Part shown: piece by piece, positions 50,199 to 58,984 of the stretch
Layout of the letters: every line of letters starts with the position of its first letter
Numbering within the stretch: position 1 is the first letter of the stretch
From: an uncultured delta proteobacterium
Lineage (GTDB): Bacteria; Desulfobacterota; Binatia; Binatales; Binataceae
DNA: 64,000 nt
NCBI GenBank assembly: GCA_963765675.1
Contig: CAVXXK010000001.1
Location: 288,001 to 352,000, forward strand
Direction: 5' to 3'
The notes under the pieces: model-generated
The model's database searches: none
The model's input: the letters and a program-made list of their open reading frames with translations, nothing else
Told to the model about the DNA's origin: nothing
Position numbers and translations under genes: made by a program

Positions 50199-51047
50199 AT
50201 GCCCGGTGAGATTGATCCCTTCGAGGGCGGCGCCGAGCTTCCCAAAATCGTCGCGATAAGCCTGCAGACCACCGGGCATCTGTACAACTATCTGGCCGGC
50301 GATCTTCGCCTGACGCGCGGCGACCGCGTACTGATCGACACCGAGAACGGCACCCGCGTCGGCACTGTCGAGATCGAGCCTCACGAGCCCGCGCATACGC
50401 TCAATCTCGCCGCGATGAAACCGGTGATGCGCCTGGCGTCGGATACTGACTTCGACGTCGAGCACGAAAATATTTTGCGCGAGGAGCGCGCGCGCCATCT
50501 ATGCCTCCAGCGCCTGCGCGAGCGCAACCTGCTGATGAAGCTGGTCAGCGCCGAGTACAGCTTCGACGGCCGCAAGGTGGTTTTCTATTTTATCGCCGAA
50601 GGGCGAATCGACTTCCGCGACCTGGTGCGCGACCTCGCCAACACGCTGCGCGTCCGCGTCGAGATGAAACAGATCGGCGCGCGCGACGAAACCAAAGTCA
50701 CCGGCGGCGTTGGCCCCTGCGGACGCGAGCTCTGCTGCTCCTCTTTCCTGCGCGACTTCGACGCGGTCACGGTCAAGATGGCGCGCGAGCAGGGCCTCGC
50801 GCTGAATCCTTCGCGCCTGGCCGGGATGTGCGGGCGCCTCAAGTGCTGCCTCAAGTACGAATACGGCACCTATCTCGAACTAAAGAAGTCGCTGCCGAAT
50901 CTCGGCCGCCGTGTGCAATCGGTAAAAGGCGACGGCAAGGTCGTCCGCCAGAACATCCTCAAGCAGACGGTAATGATCGCGCTGGACAACGAAGGCCCCG
51001 TCGTCGAAGCAACGCTCGAAGACCTCGTAACCTCGCGCCAGAACTAG
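50199..51047 (+). CDS. PSP1/RicT (YaaT) family protein
   Basis: RIDFRDLVRDLA, GPCGRELCC, GMCGRLKCCLKYE. Confidence 0.93.
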   Translation: MPGEIDPFEGGAELPKIVAISLQTTGHLYNYLAGDLRLTRGDRVLIDTENGTRVGTVEIEPHEPAHTLNLAAMKPVMRLASDTDFDVEHENILREERARHLCLQRLRERNLLMKLVSAEYSFDGRKVVFYFIAEGRIDFRDLVRDLANTLRVRVEMKQIGARDETKVTGGVGPCGRELCCSSFLRDFDAVTVKMAREQGLALNPSRLAGMCGRLKCCLKYEYGTYLELKKSLPNLGRRVQSVKGDGKVVRQNILKQTVMIALDNEGPVVEATLEDLVTSRQN

Positions 51048-51154
51048 CCAGTTCGCGATGAACCGAGGGGCGGGCGGCTCCCGACGAAAACAAATTCCTG
51101 CCTGTCGCGACTCGATTGTGCAAGCAAGCAGACCGCGAAGGCGGCAACGAATGG

Positions 51155-51615
51155 ATTCGTAGGGGGCGCGTCGCGACGCGCCCGTCTCCGCACTGCTGGT
51201 GCTCGGATGCCCTCTCCCACCGGGAGAGGGCGACGCGGCGCGGCGATTGCTCTTTTTAGCAATCGCCGTGACGCGCGGGTGAGGGCGGCCTTCCGCTGAG
51301 CTTTCGTTTCAAAATCGCGCGACGCGCTCGTCTTTGCTGGATACCCTCTCCCTCCGGGAGAGGGCGGCGCGGCGCGATGCTTGCGTTTTTTTCGCAAGCA
51401 TCGTGACGCGCGGGTAAGGGTGCTGCTGCCGCTTCCTGAATACCGCGAGCGCCGCGATTTCTCCGCACACATACAGATGACGCTTCGCGTGGCCGACGGG
51501 CCGTCGGCCGCCACTGGCAGAAGCGAGCCGGTAGAGCCGGCGTCTCGCCGGGTCCTTTCCGGTTCGTGGCACAGGCTTCAGCCTGTGTCCCGCACTGGCT
51601 GAAGCCGGTGCTCCA
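51155..51615. repeat. Composite REP mosaic (BIME-like)
   Basis: GTAG-type palindrome 51155-51192; two CCCTCTCCC-family units (about 51210-51286 and 51340-51428); a module matching 1-50; GTGGCACAGGC doublet 51566-51615. Confidence 0.85.
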
Positions 51616-52021
51616 ACACAATATATTCACCTAACACTCGTTAGTTTTTTGCCAGATTTGTTCATGGCTGAACTGTTCAGCCTTATCTTCGCCGCCGTTC
51701 TGTGTAGAATAGAGTGCGTGAAGATTCCTCCAATTCATGTCTCGTCACTGACCACCGAAATTTCGCAAGCCGATACTCCGTCGCGATGCTCAAATTTCGA
51801 GGCTGCAACCGATCGCTTCGCACAATGCGAAAGCCGGAACGAACTCCCTTCAGATACCAAATTATCAAGCAGATCTAAGGAATATCCCGGAATGCCGACA
51901 TGAAATCCGCCCAAACGAACCCACCGTTGAAACGACGTTTCCGTTCGCATACGTCTAGCTTTTTCTGCGGCGCCCGCGTTAGTCGCGTCGCAATTCTCGG
52001 GCGGTTATTCTCGGTAGTTCG

Positions 52022-53560
52022 ATGACGCAGCGAATCCATATCACCACGGCGATCCACTACAGCAACGGACCGCCGCATCTCGGCCACGCTTACGAGGATA
52101 TTGCCGCCGACGCCTACGCGCGCCATCTGCGGCGCAAAATCGGCGGCGCAAACCTGACCTTCGTCACCGGCACCGACGAGCACGGGCAGAAAAACCGCGA
52201 CGCCGCGGCGAAGGTCAACCTCGATCCAAAAGCGTTCGCGGATAAAATCAGCGCGCTGTTCCGGACCACCTTCGATCGGCTCGAAATCAGCTACACCAAT
52301 TTTGTCCGCACCACCGATCCGGTGCACGAGGCGTTCGTGCAGAAGATGCTCGCGCGAACCTACGAGCGTGGCGATATCTACTTCCGCGATTACGAGGGTC
52401 TCTACTGCGTCGGATGCGAGCGCTTCTACACCGAGAAGGAGTTGCTACCGGGAAATATCTGCCCGGAACATAACACGCCGGTCGAGCTCCTCAAGGAATC
52501 GAATTATTTTCTCAAGCTCGAAAAATATCGCGAGGCGATCCGCGCGCATATCAAGGCCAACCCCGGCTTCATCCGTCCTGAGCGCTACCGCAACGAAGCG
52601 CTCAGGATGTTCGATGAGCCCCTCGCTGATCTGTGCATCTCGCGCCCGAAGGCGCGCCTGGATTGGGGAATCGAGCTGCCGTTCGATCCCACCTACGTCA
52701 CCTATGTCTGGTACGACGCGTTCTGGGCGTATCTGAGCGAGCTGCCCGACACGAGCGATGCCGCGCTGGCGGCGCTGCTGCCCGCGACCGAGCACTTCAT
52801 CGGCAAGGACATCCTGAAGACTCATGCGGTGTACTGGCCCGCGATGCTGCTGGCGGTCGGGCTGCCGCTCTACGCGCGCCTCAACGTTCACGGGTTCCTC
52901 AACCTTGAAGGCTCGCGGATGTCGAAAAGCTCGGGCAACATGATCGATCCGCTCGAACTCGCCGAACGGCTCGGCCCTGACGTGTTGCGCCATTTCGTCT
53001 TGCGCGAGTTCGTATACGGACTCGACGGAGACTTCACCGAGGAGCGGCTCACCGAGCGCTACAACGCCGACCTCGCCAACGACCTCGGCAATCTCACCAG
53101 CCGCGTGCTCGCGATGGCGGCGCGATATTTCGGCGGCGAGCTCACGATGGCCCCAGGAGCGAACGCTGAGGATCGTGCGCTGTGCGATTCGTTCGCCACG
53201 GTCGCCGCGCGGAGCGCCGCTCAGATCGAAGAGCTTGCATTCAATCGAGCGCTCGAAGCGATCTGGCAATCGCTCGACGCCGCGAACAAATACATCGTCG
53301 CGACTTCTCCGTTCAGGCTCGCAAAGGATCCCGCGAAGCTGCCGCGTGTCGCGGAGATTCTGGCGAACTTGTGCGAGGGCCTGCGCGTCGTCGCCGACAC
53401 GCTCGAGCCGTTCATGCCGGCGACCTCGCGGAAAATCCTCGATCTCCTGAACGTCGATGACTCAACAGCGCACGCGCCGTTCGGCGAGGGCTTGAGGCCG
53501 GGGCATCGTGTGAAGGCGGCGACTCCTCTGTTTCCGCGAATCGAAAAAAAGAAAGCCTAG
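52022..53560 (+). CDS. metG: Methionine--tRNA ligase (short form)
   Basis: HLGH, GTDEHGQK, YVWYDA, GKDI, RMSKS, NDLGNL. Confidence 0.97.
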   Translation: MTQRIHITTAIHYSNGPPHLGHAYEDIAADAYARHLRRKIGGANLTFVTGTDEHGQKNRDAAAKVNLDPKAFADKISALFRTTFDRLEISYTNFVRTTDPVHEAFVQKMLARTYERGDIYFRDYEGLYCVGCERFYTEKELLPGNICPEHNTPVELLKESNYFLKLEKYREAIRAHIKANPGFIRPERYRNEALRMFDEPLADLCISRPKARLDWGIELPFDPTYVTYVWYDAFWAYLSELPDTSDAALAALLPATEHFIGKDILKTHAVYWPAMLLAVGLPLYARLNVHGFLNLEGSRMSKSSGNMIDPLELAERLGPDVLRHFVLREFVYGLDGDFTEERLTERYNADLANDLGNLTSRVLAMAARYFGGELTMAPGANAEDRALCDSFATVAARSAAQIEELAFNRALEAIWQSLDAANKYIVATSPFRLAKDPAKLPRVAEILANLCEGLRVVADTLEPFMPATSRKILDLLNVDDSTAHAPFGEGLRPGHRVKAATPLFPRIEKKKA

Positions 53561-53572
53561 CGCGGGGCTCCG

Positions 53573-54367
53573 ATGATGACGCCGATCATCGACACGCATT
53601 GCCATCTGGCCGATCCCAAACTCGACCAGGATCTCGAGGCCGTTCTCGAACGCGCCCGCATCGCAGGAATCGCGCGGATCGTTTCAGTCGGCGCGATCGG
53701 ATCTGTCGAATGCGATCGCCGCACGGTCGAAATCGCGGAGCGCCACGAACATATTTTCGCCGCGATCGGAGTGCATCCGCACGACGCGAAAGATTGCACT
53801 CCCGCGCGGATCGCGCAGTTGCGCGAGCTCGCGCGATCGCCGCGGGTGGTCGCGATCGGCGAGAGCGGCCTGGATTTTCACTACATGCACTCGCCTGCCG
53901 AGGCTCAGGAAGCGGCGCTGCGGCGTCATCTGAAACTCGCTTCCGAGCTTGGAAAACCAATCGTTATCCACTGCCGCGACGCCGAGGATCGGCTCGCCGC
54001 GATCGTGCGCGAAACCGCGATCCCGCGGGCCGGCGGCGTGATTCATTGTTTCACCGGCAACGCCGCCGCCGCCGCGCGATTTCTCGAGCTCGGATTTCAT
54101 ATTTCGTTCTCGGGAATCGTGACGTTCAAGAATGCCGCCGCGGTGCGCGAAGCCGCGCGCATCGTTCCGGACGATCGCGTGATGGTCGAAACCGACGCGC
54201 CCTACCTCGCGCCCGAACCGTATCGCGGCAAACGCAACGAGCCCGCCTTCGTCCGCCGCACGCTCGAGGTGCTCGCGGAAGTGCGCGGCGCCGACGTTGA
54301 CACTCTCGCGGAGCTGACCGCCACCAACGCAACCCGCCTCTTCCGATTAACGGCGGCGGCGAAGTAG
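53573..54367 (+). CDS. tatD: TatD-family hydrolase
   Basis: DTHCHL, GVHPH, IGESGLD, IHCR, HCFTG, ETDAPYLAP. Confidence 0.95.
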   Translation: MMTPIIDTHCHLADPKLDQDLEAVLERARIAGIARIVSVGAIGSVECDRRTVEIAERHEHIFAAIGVHPHDAKDCTPARIAQLRELARSPRVVAIGESGLDFHYMHSPAEAQEAALRRHLKLASELGKPIVIHCRDAEDRLAAIVRETAIPRAGGVIHCFTGNAAAAARFLELGFHISFSGIVTFKNAAAVREAARIVPDDRVMVETDAPYLAPEPYRGKRNEPAFVRRTLEVLAEVRGADVDTLAELTATNATRLFRLTAAAK

Positions 54368-54421
54368 TGCCAGGTCGAGGTCATGCAGGGGCTCGGACAA
54401 CTTAGGCGCCGAGACCTCAGT

Positions 54422-54528
54422 CGTCATTTCGACCTAAGGGAGAAATCCCGAGCGAAGGACCACCGCATGTGGCGTTGGTTCCGGAGCATGGACGCCTCGG
54501 GATTTCTCGCCCAAGGCTCGAAATGACG
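54422..54528. repeat. Inverted REP doublet (GTCATTTCGA family)
   Basis: CGTCATTTCGA..GAGAAATCCCGAG pairs with CTCGGGATTTCTC..TCGAAATGACG; same family as 249-283. Confidence 0.8.
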
Positions 54529-54591
54529 ATCGGTCTTTTGTCAATTTGCGCCGATTCACGGAATCGCTTCTGCGGGGTTATAGATACTGAG

Positions 54592-55104
54592 ATGCCCACG
54601 CTGGAAAAGCTCTCCCTTCCGCCGCCGTTCGAGGACGCGATGAAATCGCTCGAGAGCGAGATCATGCGCTTCATCCTGCGCAGCACGCGTGACCGCGAGG
54701 ACAGCCTGGACCTGTTTCAGGAGACGTGGCTGCGCGCATACCGCGCGTATCCGTCCCTGCGCTCGCACAATGGGCTGCGGCCGTGGGTATTCAGTATCGC
54801 GGCCAATCTGTGCCGCAATCGCGCGCGCGATCGGATGCGCCGGGCGCGCGTGATCGTGAACGACGGCCGCGACCCGGACGCGGAGGCCGAACGGTTCTTT
54901 CCGCACGCCGAGAGTTCTCCCGACGGCGTGATCGGACTTCGCCGCGCGCTCGCTGCGCTTCCGGGCAAGCAGGGCAAAGCGCTGATGATGCGCAAGTTCG
55001 GCGGGATGGAATACGCGGAAATCGCGACGGCGCTCAAATGTTCCCAGGAGAGCGCGCGGGCCAGCGTGTACCAGGCGCTCAAGAAGTTGAAGGCATCGCA
55101 ATGA
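54592..55104 (+). CDS. ECF RNA polymerase sigma factor
   Basis: Sigma2 region DLFQETWLRAYRAYP..LRPWVFSIAAN; sigma4 region ALAALP.KQ..YAEIA.ALKCS..SARA.V.QALKKL. Confidence 0.92.
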   Translation: MPTLEKLSLPPPFEDAMKSLESEIMRFILRSTRDREDSLDLFQETWLRAYRAYPSLRSHNGLRPWVFSIAANLCRNRARDRMRRARVIVNDGRDPDAEAERFFPHAESSPDGVIGLRRALAALPGKQGKALMMRKFGGMEYAEIATALKCSQESARASVYQALKKLKASQ

Positions 55105-55922
55105 AAACCACCAATCAGAACAAGCAGATGGAAGCATCGAAAGAATTTGACGATCGCGACGTCGAGGCGCTGGTGCGCGCCGCGCATCCGGGAATCCGCC
55201 GCGCGATGAAGATTCTGCGGCGTCCCGAGGCGCGGATCGGAATCGTTGCGTCGCCGGTCGGACAACTGCTGGTGGCCGAGGGTCCGCACGGTTTTGCGAC
55301 GATCCATTTTCTCTCGTCCAGCGACGCCGAGCGTCCGCTTGAAAAGCTGCGGCGTAAATTCGATCTGCTCGAGAATGAAACCTGGCGCGCGGATACCGTC
55401 CGCGAGCTCGGGCGATATTTCGGCGGCGACTTCTCGGTGCTCGCTCACGAGGTCGATCTGGTGATGGTCGAAAGCGAGTTTCAGCGCCGCGCGCTGATGC
55501 GGCTGCGCGAGGTTCCGATCGGCTCGGTGATCACCTACCAGGGATTGGCCACGGCGGTTGGAGAGCCCGACGCGCAGCGCGCGATCGGCAACACGATGGC
55601 GTCGAATCCGATCCCGATCTTCATCCCGTGCCATCGCGTAATTCGCTCCGACGGAACCATCGGGAATTACGGCGGCGGGGTCAAGAACAAGATCACGCTG
55701 TTGCGCAACGAAGGATTCGCGCTCGGCCCGAGTGCGCGGATGCCGTCGAACCTCAGGATGCCGGCGTCGGCGGTGATGGGGCATCGGCATACGCATATCT
55801 ACTGCCGGCCGGATTGCAGCGCGGCGAAGCGCGCCGACCCGCGCCGCTCATTGATCTTCGCCGACGCCCGCCACGCGCGCGCCGCAGGCCTGCGCGCCTG
55901 CAAGCTATGCAAGCCCGGCTGA
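55101..55922 (+). CDS. ogt: O6-methylguanine-DNA methyltransferase with a C-terminal Ada Zn-binding domain
   Basis: SPVG, FQRRAL..VP.G..ITY, active site IPCHRVI; C-terminal IYCRPDC..GLRACKLCKP; ATGA overlap with the sigma gene. Confidence 0.9.
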   Translation: MKTTNQNKQMEASKEFDDRDVEALVRAAHPGIRRAMKILRRPEARIGIVASPVGQLLVAEGPHGFATIHFLSSSDAERPLEKLRRKFDLLENETWRADTVRELGRYFGGDFSVLAHEVDLVMVESEFQRRALMRLREVPIGSVITYQGLATAVGEPDAQRAIGNTMASNPIPIFIPCHRVIRSDGTIGNYGGGVKNKITLLRNEGFALGPSARMPSNLRMPASAVMGHRHTHIYCRPDCSAAKRADPRRSLIFADARHARAAGLRACKLCKPG

Positions 55923-56237
55923 GTTGGGATTGAGCAGCACGCATCGCTCGACCAGCCGGCCAATCAGCCATCAACCGCCTATGGCAGAAGGAAACAATCT
56001 GCCAGTGGTGGCGGACGGCTCGTCCGCCTCTCCCCGCGAGAAGAGCCCATCGATAGTCGGCGAAGCGCGATCAGAAATGACCGGTGACGCCGATCCTCCT
56101 AAGAAACAGGATTGAGGATTCGTGGCACAGGCTTCAGCCTGTGCTGCTCACCCCGGGCACAGAGCAGAATCAATTCATAGAGGCGCATCGCGACGCGCCC
56201 GTCTTCGCAGTCCTCTGCCGGATACCCTCTCCCTCCG

Positions 56238-56447
56238 GATGATGTCGATTTTCTCGCGAATGCCCCCAGGATGTCATCCTGAGCCGTAGGCGAAGGATCT
56301 CCGCGAAGCGATTAGTGCAACTCTTCTGGGCGATTCGCACTAATCGCTTCGCGGAGATCCTTCACAGAGCCCGTCCTGAGCAACGCCGAAAGGGGGCAGC
56401 CTTCGTTCAGGATGACGGACAAGAATTCGGCATTTATCGAGAGCCTC
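56238..56447. mobile_element. MITE-like insertion (210 bp) in a REP loop, degraded TIRs
   Basis: Flanked by CTCCG direct repeats (56233-56237, 56448-56452); removing it restores GATACCCTCTCCCTCCGGGAGAGGG as at 51340; ends match 9/12. Confidence 0.55.
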
Positions 56448-56590
56448 CTCCGGGAGAGGGCAACGCGGCGCGGCGATTGCTTTTTTTTGCAATCGCCGTA
56501 ACGCGTGGGTGAGGGTGCTGCTCTGCTCATTTAATCGCGCGGCATGCGCGCCGCGCTGAAAAATGACCCTCACCTAACCTCTCCCTTTCA

Positions 56591-56855
56591 GGAGAGCTTT
56601 GCGTAATCGATTCCATTGAACGGGTCATGCGGCTGGCGAGATTCCTCGCGATGCGCGCAGCGCGAGCCGATCTGCACGCCGCAAAGCTGGCGCTGGATTC
56701 GCGCTCGGAATGACAACGTTTGCTGGTTTTGTGTCATTCCGAGCCCGTACAGGCGATGCGGATGGTGAGGTGCAGAGTACCGAATGGCAGCAATTGCGAG
56801 GAATCTCGCCCTGCGCACTGGGCACACTTTTCCGGTAGGTTATGCAAAGCTCTCC
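56591..56855. mobile_element. MITE-like element (265 bp) with 18-bp TIRs and a target-site duplication
   Basis: GGAGAGCTTTGCGTAATC and GGTTATGCAAAGCTCTCC are 16/18 inverted; CTTTCA is duplicated on both sides; no transposase. Confidence 0.7.
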
Positions 56856-56874
56856 CTTTCAGGGCGAGGAATCA

Positions 56875-56911
56875 GAAAAGAAGAAAGACGCCGCTAGGGG
56901 CGGCGTCTTTC
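56875..56911 (-). terminator. Intrinsic terminator of the glycine-zipper cluster
   Basis: GAAAGACGCCGC-TAGGG-GCGGCGTCTTTC stem followed by TTCTTTT on the minus strand. Confidence 0.8.
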
Positions 56912-56941
56912 GTGCGAATCTGAAATGTTAACCGAGATGAT

Positions 56942-57292
56942 CTATTCGGTTTCGTTCTGCTGTTGAAGTTGCTGCAACTGCTGGCGCTGCTGTTCGATTT
57001 CCTGCTGTTGCTGCTGCACTTGCTGACTGGTCTGGGCGTTGGCGTTCTCGTTGTTCTGCATCGAGTTGCCGACCGCATAGCCGGTCACTCCACCAAGTCC
57101 GCCACCGATAAGAGCGCCGGCTGCCGGATGTCCGACCGCTGCCCCTACCAGTGCGCCGCCGACGGCGCCGATTCCCGCACCGCCCAGCGTCCCTTCTTCT
57201 CGAGTCGAGAGCGGCTGGCTGCCAGCGCATCCTGCAATGAACAGCGCCGCTGCGAGCGTGATTCCTGCGATAAGGCCCGAGCGCGACCGCAT
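56942..57292 (-). CDS. Glycine-zipper lipoprotein (copy 3)
   Basis: Lipobox IAGC, LSTREEGTL, GxxxG repeats, Gln-rich tail ending NETE. Confidence 0.85.
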   Translation of the reverse strand: MRSRSGLIAGITLAAALFIAGCAGSQPLSTREEGTLGGAGIGAVGGALVGAAVGHPAAGALIGGGLGGVTGYAVGNSMQNNENANAQTSQQVQQQQQEIEQQRQQLQQLQQQNETE

Positions 57293-57330
57293 GATGGCCT
57301 CCTTGCCTACCCTTTACCTCGTAGGCCTGG

Positions 57331-57678
57331 TTATTCCGTTTCCTGTGATTGTTTCAACTGCTGGAGCTGCTCGCGTTGCTGCTCGATCTCCTGCTGCTGA
57401 GATTGAATTTGCGTTTCGGTCTGTGCGTTGGCGTTTTGCTGATTCTGCATCGAGTTGCCGACGGCGTAGCCGGTCACTCCGCCAAGTCCGCCGCCGATCA
57501 GAGCACCTGCAGCCGGATGCCCGACCGCAGCCCCGACCAGCGCGCCGCCGGCGGCGCCGATTCCCGCGCCGCCCAAGGTACCTTCTTCACGAGTGGAAAG
57601 CGGGTCACCGGAGCATCCCGCCACCAGAAAAAGAACAGCCAACGCGAGGGTTCCTGTCACAATTGCTGGCTTGCGCAT
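57331..57678 (-). CDS. Glycine-zipper lipoprotein (copy 2)
   Basis: Lipobox VAGC, same core, ends QETE. Confidence 0.85.
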   Translation of the reverse strand: MRKPAIVTGTLALAVLFLVAGCSGDPLSTREEGTLGGAGIGAAGGALVGAAVGHPAAGALIGGGLGGVTGYAVGNSMQNQQNANAQTETQIQSQQQEIEQQREQLQQLKQSQETE

Positions 57679-57714
57679 GATCGATCTCCCTGACTGATTA
57701 GACTCGGCAGGGAG

Positions 57715-58068
57715 CTATTCCGTTTCATTCTGTTGCTTGAGCTGTTGAATTTGTTGGCGCTGCTGTTCGAGCTGCTGCTGCTGCGACTGAATCTGGGATT
57801 GCGTCTGCGCGTTGGCATTCTCCTGATTCTGCATCGAGTTTCCGACCGCAAACCCGGTCACGCCTCCAAGCGCGCCGCCGATTGCCGCGCCGGCGCCGGG
57901 AGCTCCCACCGCCGCACCGATAATCGCGCCGGTCGCCGCGCCAAGGCCTCCGCCAATCAGGGTGCCTTTTTCACGGGTTGAGAGTGGCTGTCCACTGCAC
58001 CCGGTCATTACTCCGAGCGCAATTGCCATTAGAATCACGGTTAAGGTTTTAGTTGCGAATTGCAGCAC
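57715..58068 (-). CDS. Glycine-zipper lipoprotein (copy 1)
   Basis: GGAGGAGG RBS, GTG start, lipobox MTGC, ends NETE. Confidence 0.85.
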   Translation of the reverse strand: MLQFATKTLTVILMAIALGVMTGCSGQPLSTREKGTLIGGGLGAATGAIIGAAVGAPGAGAAIGGALGGVTGFAVGNSMQNQENANAQTQSQIQSQQQQLEQQRQQIQQLKQQNETE

Positions 58069-58243
58069 GGCCCTCCTCCATCATTAGCCGGGTAGTTTCG
58101 ACGCCGCTTTGCCCAGCTCGAACTGCAAACCCCGGGTGGCAGAACCCGAAGTTTCGTATCTTATCGAGGCACGATCAAGCAAGCCGACCACTTTCCTGAA
58201 CAATAATTAAGCATGATTGGAATCGTGCATCCATCGGAGCGCT

Positions 58244-58960
58244 TCACGGCAGGACGGCGAAGCATCGCGTCGGCCCTCCCGTGCCCTTGCCGATCTTCAT
58301 CGGAATACAGAAAATCGTCGCACCCTTAGGGGGCAATTTATCCGCATTGGCAAGGTTCTCGAACCCCGGCTTGCCGGCTCCGAGCCACGCGCGATGCACC
58401 GGGTAGTCCTTCGAGATGCCGGGGTCCATGCTTGCCGTATCAATCGCGATCGCGGCGACATTGCGGTTCTTGAGCATCCAGTTGACGGCCTCGGCCGAGA
58501 AGCCGGGAAAGCGCAGCCCGGCCACGTCGCCCGGTTTGTCGGTGCCCATGTAGGCTTTCGTGTCGGGCCAATATTTGCCCCATCCGGAACGCGCAACGAC
58601 GATCGCGCCGTCGGGAATACGGCCGTAGGTGGTTTCGTAACGCTCGAGGTCTGCGACGCTCAACGTCGCGTTGCGATCTTTCGCCGCGCGATCAGAAAAA
58701 TCTACGACCGCCGCGGGACCGACGCAGCTCGCGAGCGGCACCTGGTCGAGCGTCAGGCCATCGCGGCTATAGTGAATCGGCGCGTCGGCGTGGGTTCCGA
58801 AATGTTCGGGCGCGGCATAAGTGGCCGCCGAGTAGAAATAATTTTCGGACGTCCCGTTCTGAGCTTCGAACTTATGCTCGAAACGCCCCTCGCCCGGCCA
58901 ACCGATAGTCGTGCTGTCGAAGGTGTAGGTCAGGTCGATAATCTTTGCGGAATCTATCAA
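58244..58960 (-). CDS. Cyclase-family metallohydrolase (kynurenine formamidase-like)
   Basis: IIDLT, EHFGTHADAPIH, FPGFS, IDTAS.D, ENLAN, GTGGPTR. Confidence 0.9.
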   Translation of the reverse strand: MIDSAKIIDLTYTFDSTTIGWPGEGRFEHKFEAQNGTSENYFYSAATYAAPEHFGTHADAPIHYSRDGLTLDQVPLASCVGPAAVVDFSDRAAKDRNATLSVADLERYETTYGRIPDGAIVVARSGWGKYWPDTKAYMGTDKPGDVAGLRFPGFSAEAVNWMLKNRNVAAIAIDTASMDPGISKDYPVHRAWLGAGKPGFENLANADKLPPKGATIFCIPMKIGKGTGGPTRCFAVLP

Positions 58961-58984
58961 CTCGCGCCCGCCGTCATCATCCCA

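Larger units (their letters stand above)
56122..56870. repeat. Large nested REP mosaic
   Basis: Four palindrome families that recur elsewhere in the window, interrupted by two insertions. Confidence 0.85.

Noticed and set aside
54528-54591. Shared ECF promoter upstream of the sigma gene and alkA (63264-63321)
   Set aside because: Only a short CGGAA match; no common -10 element at a consistent spacing could be seen by eye.
55924-56115. Small ORF after ogt
   Set aside because: No RBS, low-information sequence, and it abuts a repeat mosaic; not supportable.
51155-56870. CRISPR array
   Set aside because: The repeats are palindromic, heterogeneous and irregularly spaced, with no unique spacers of constant length and no cas genes.
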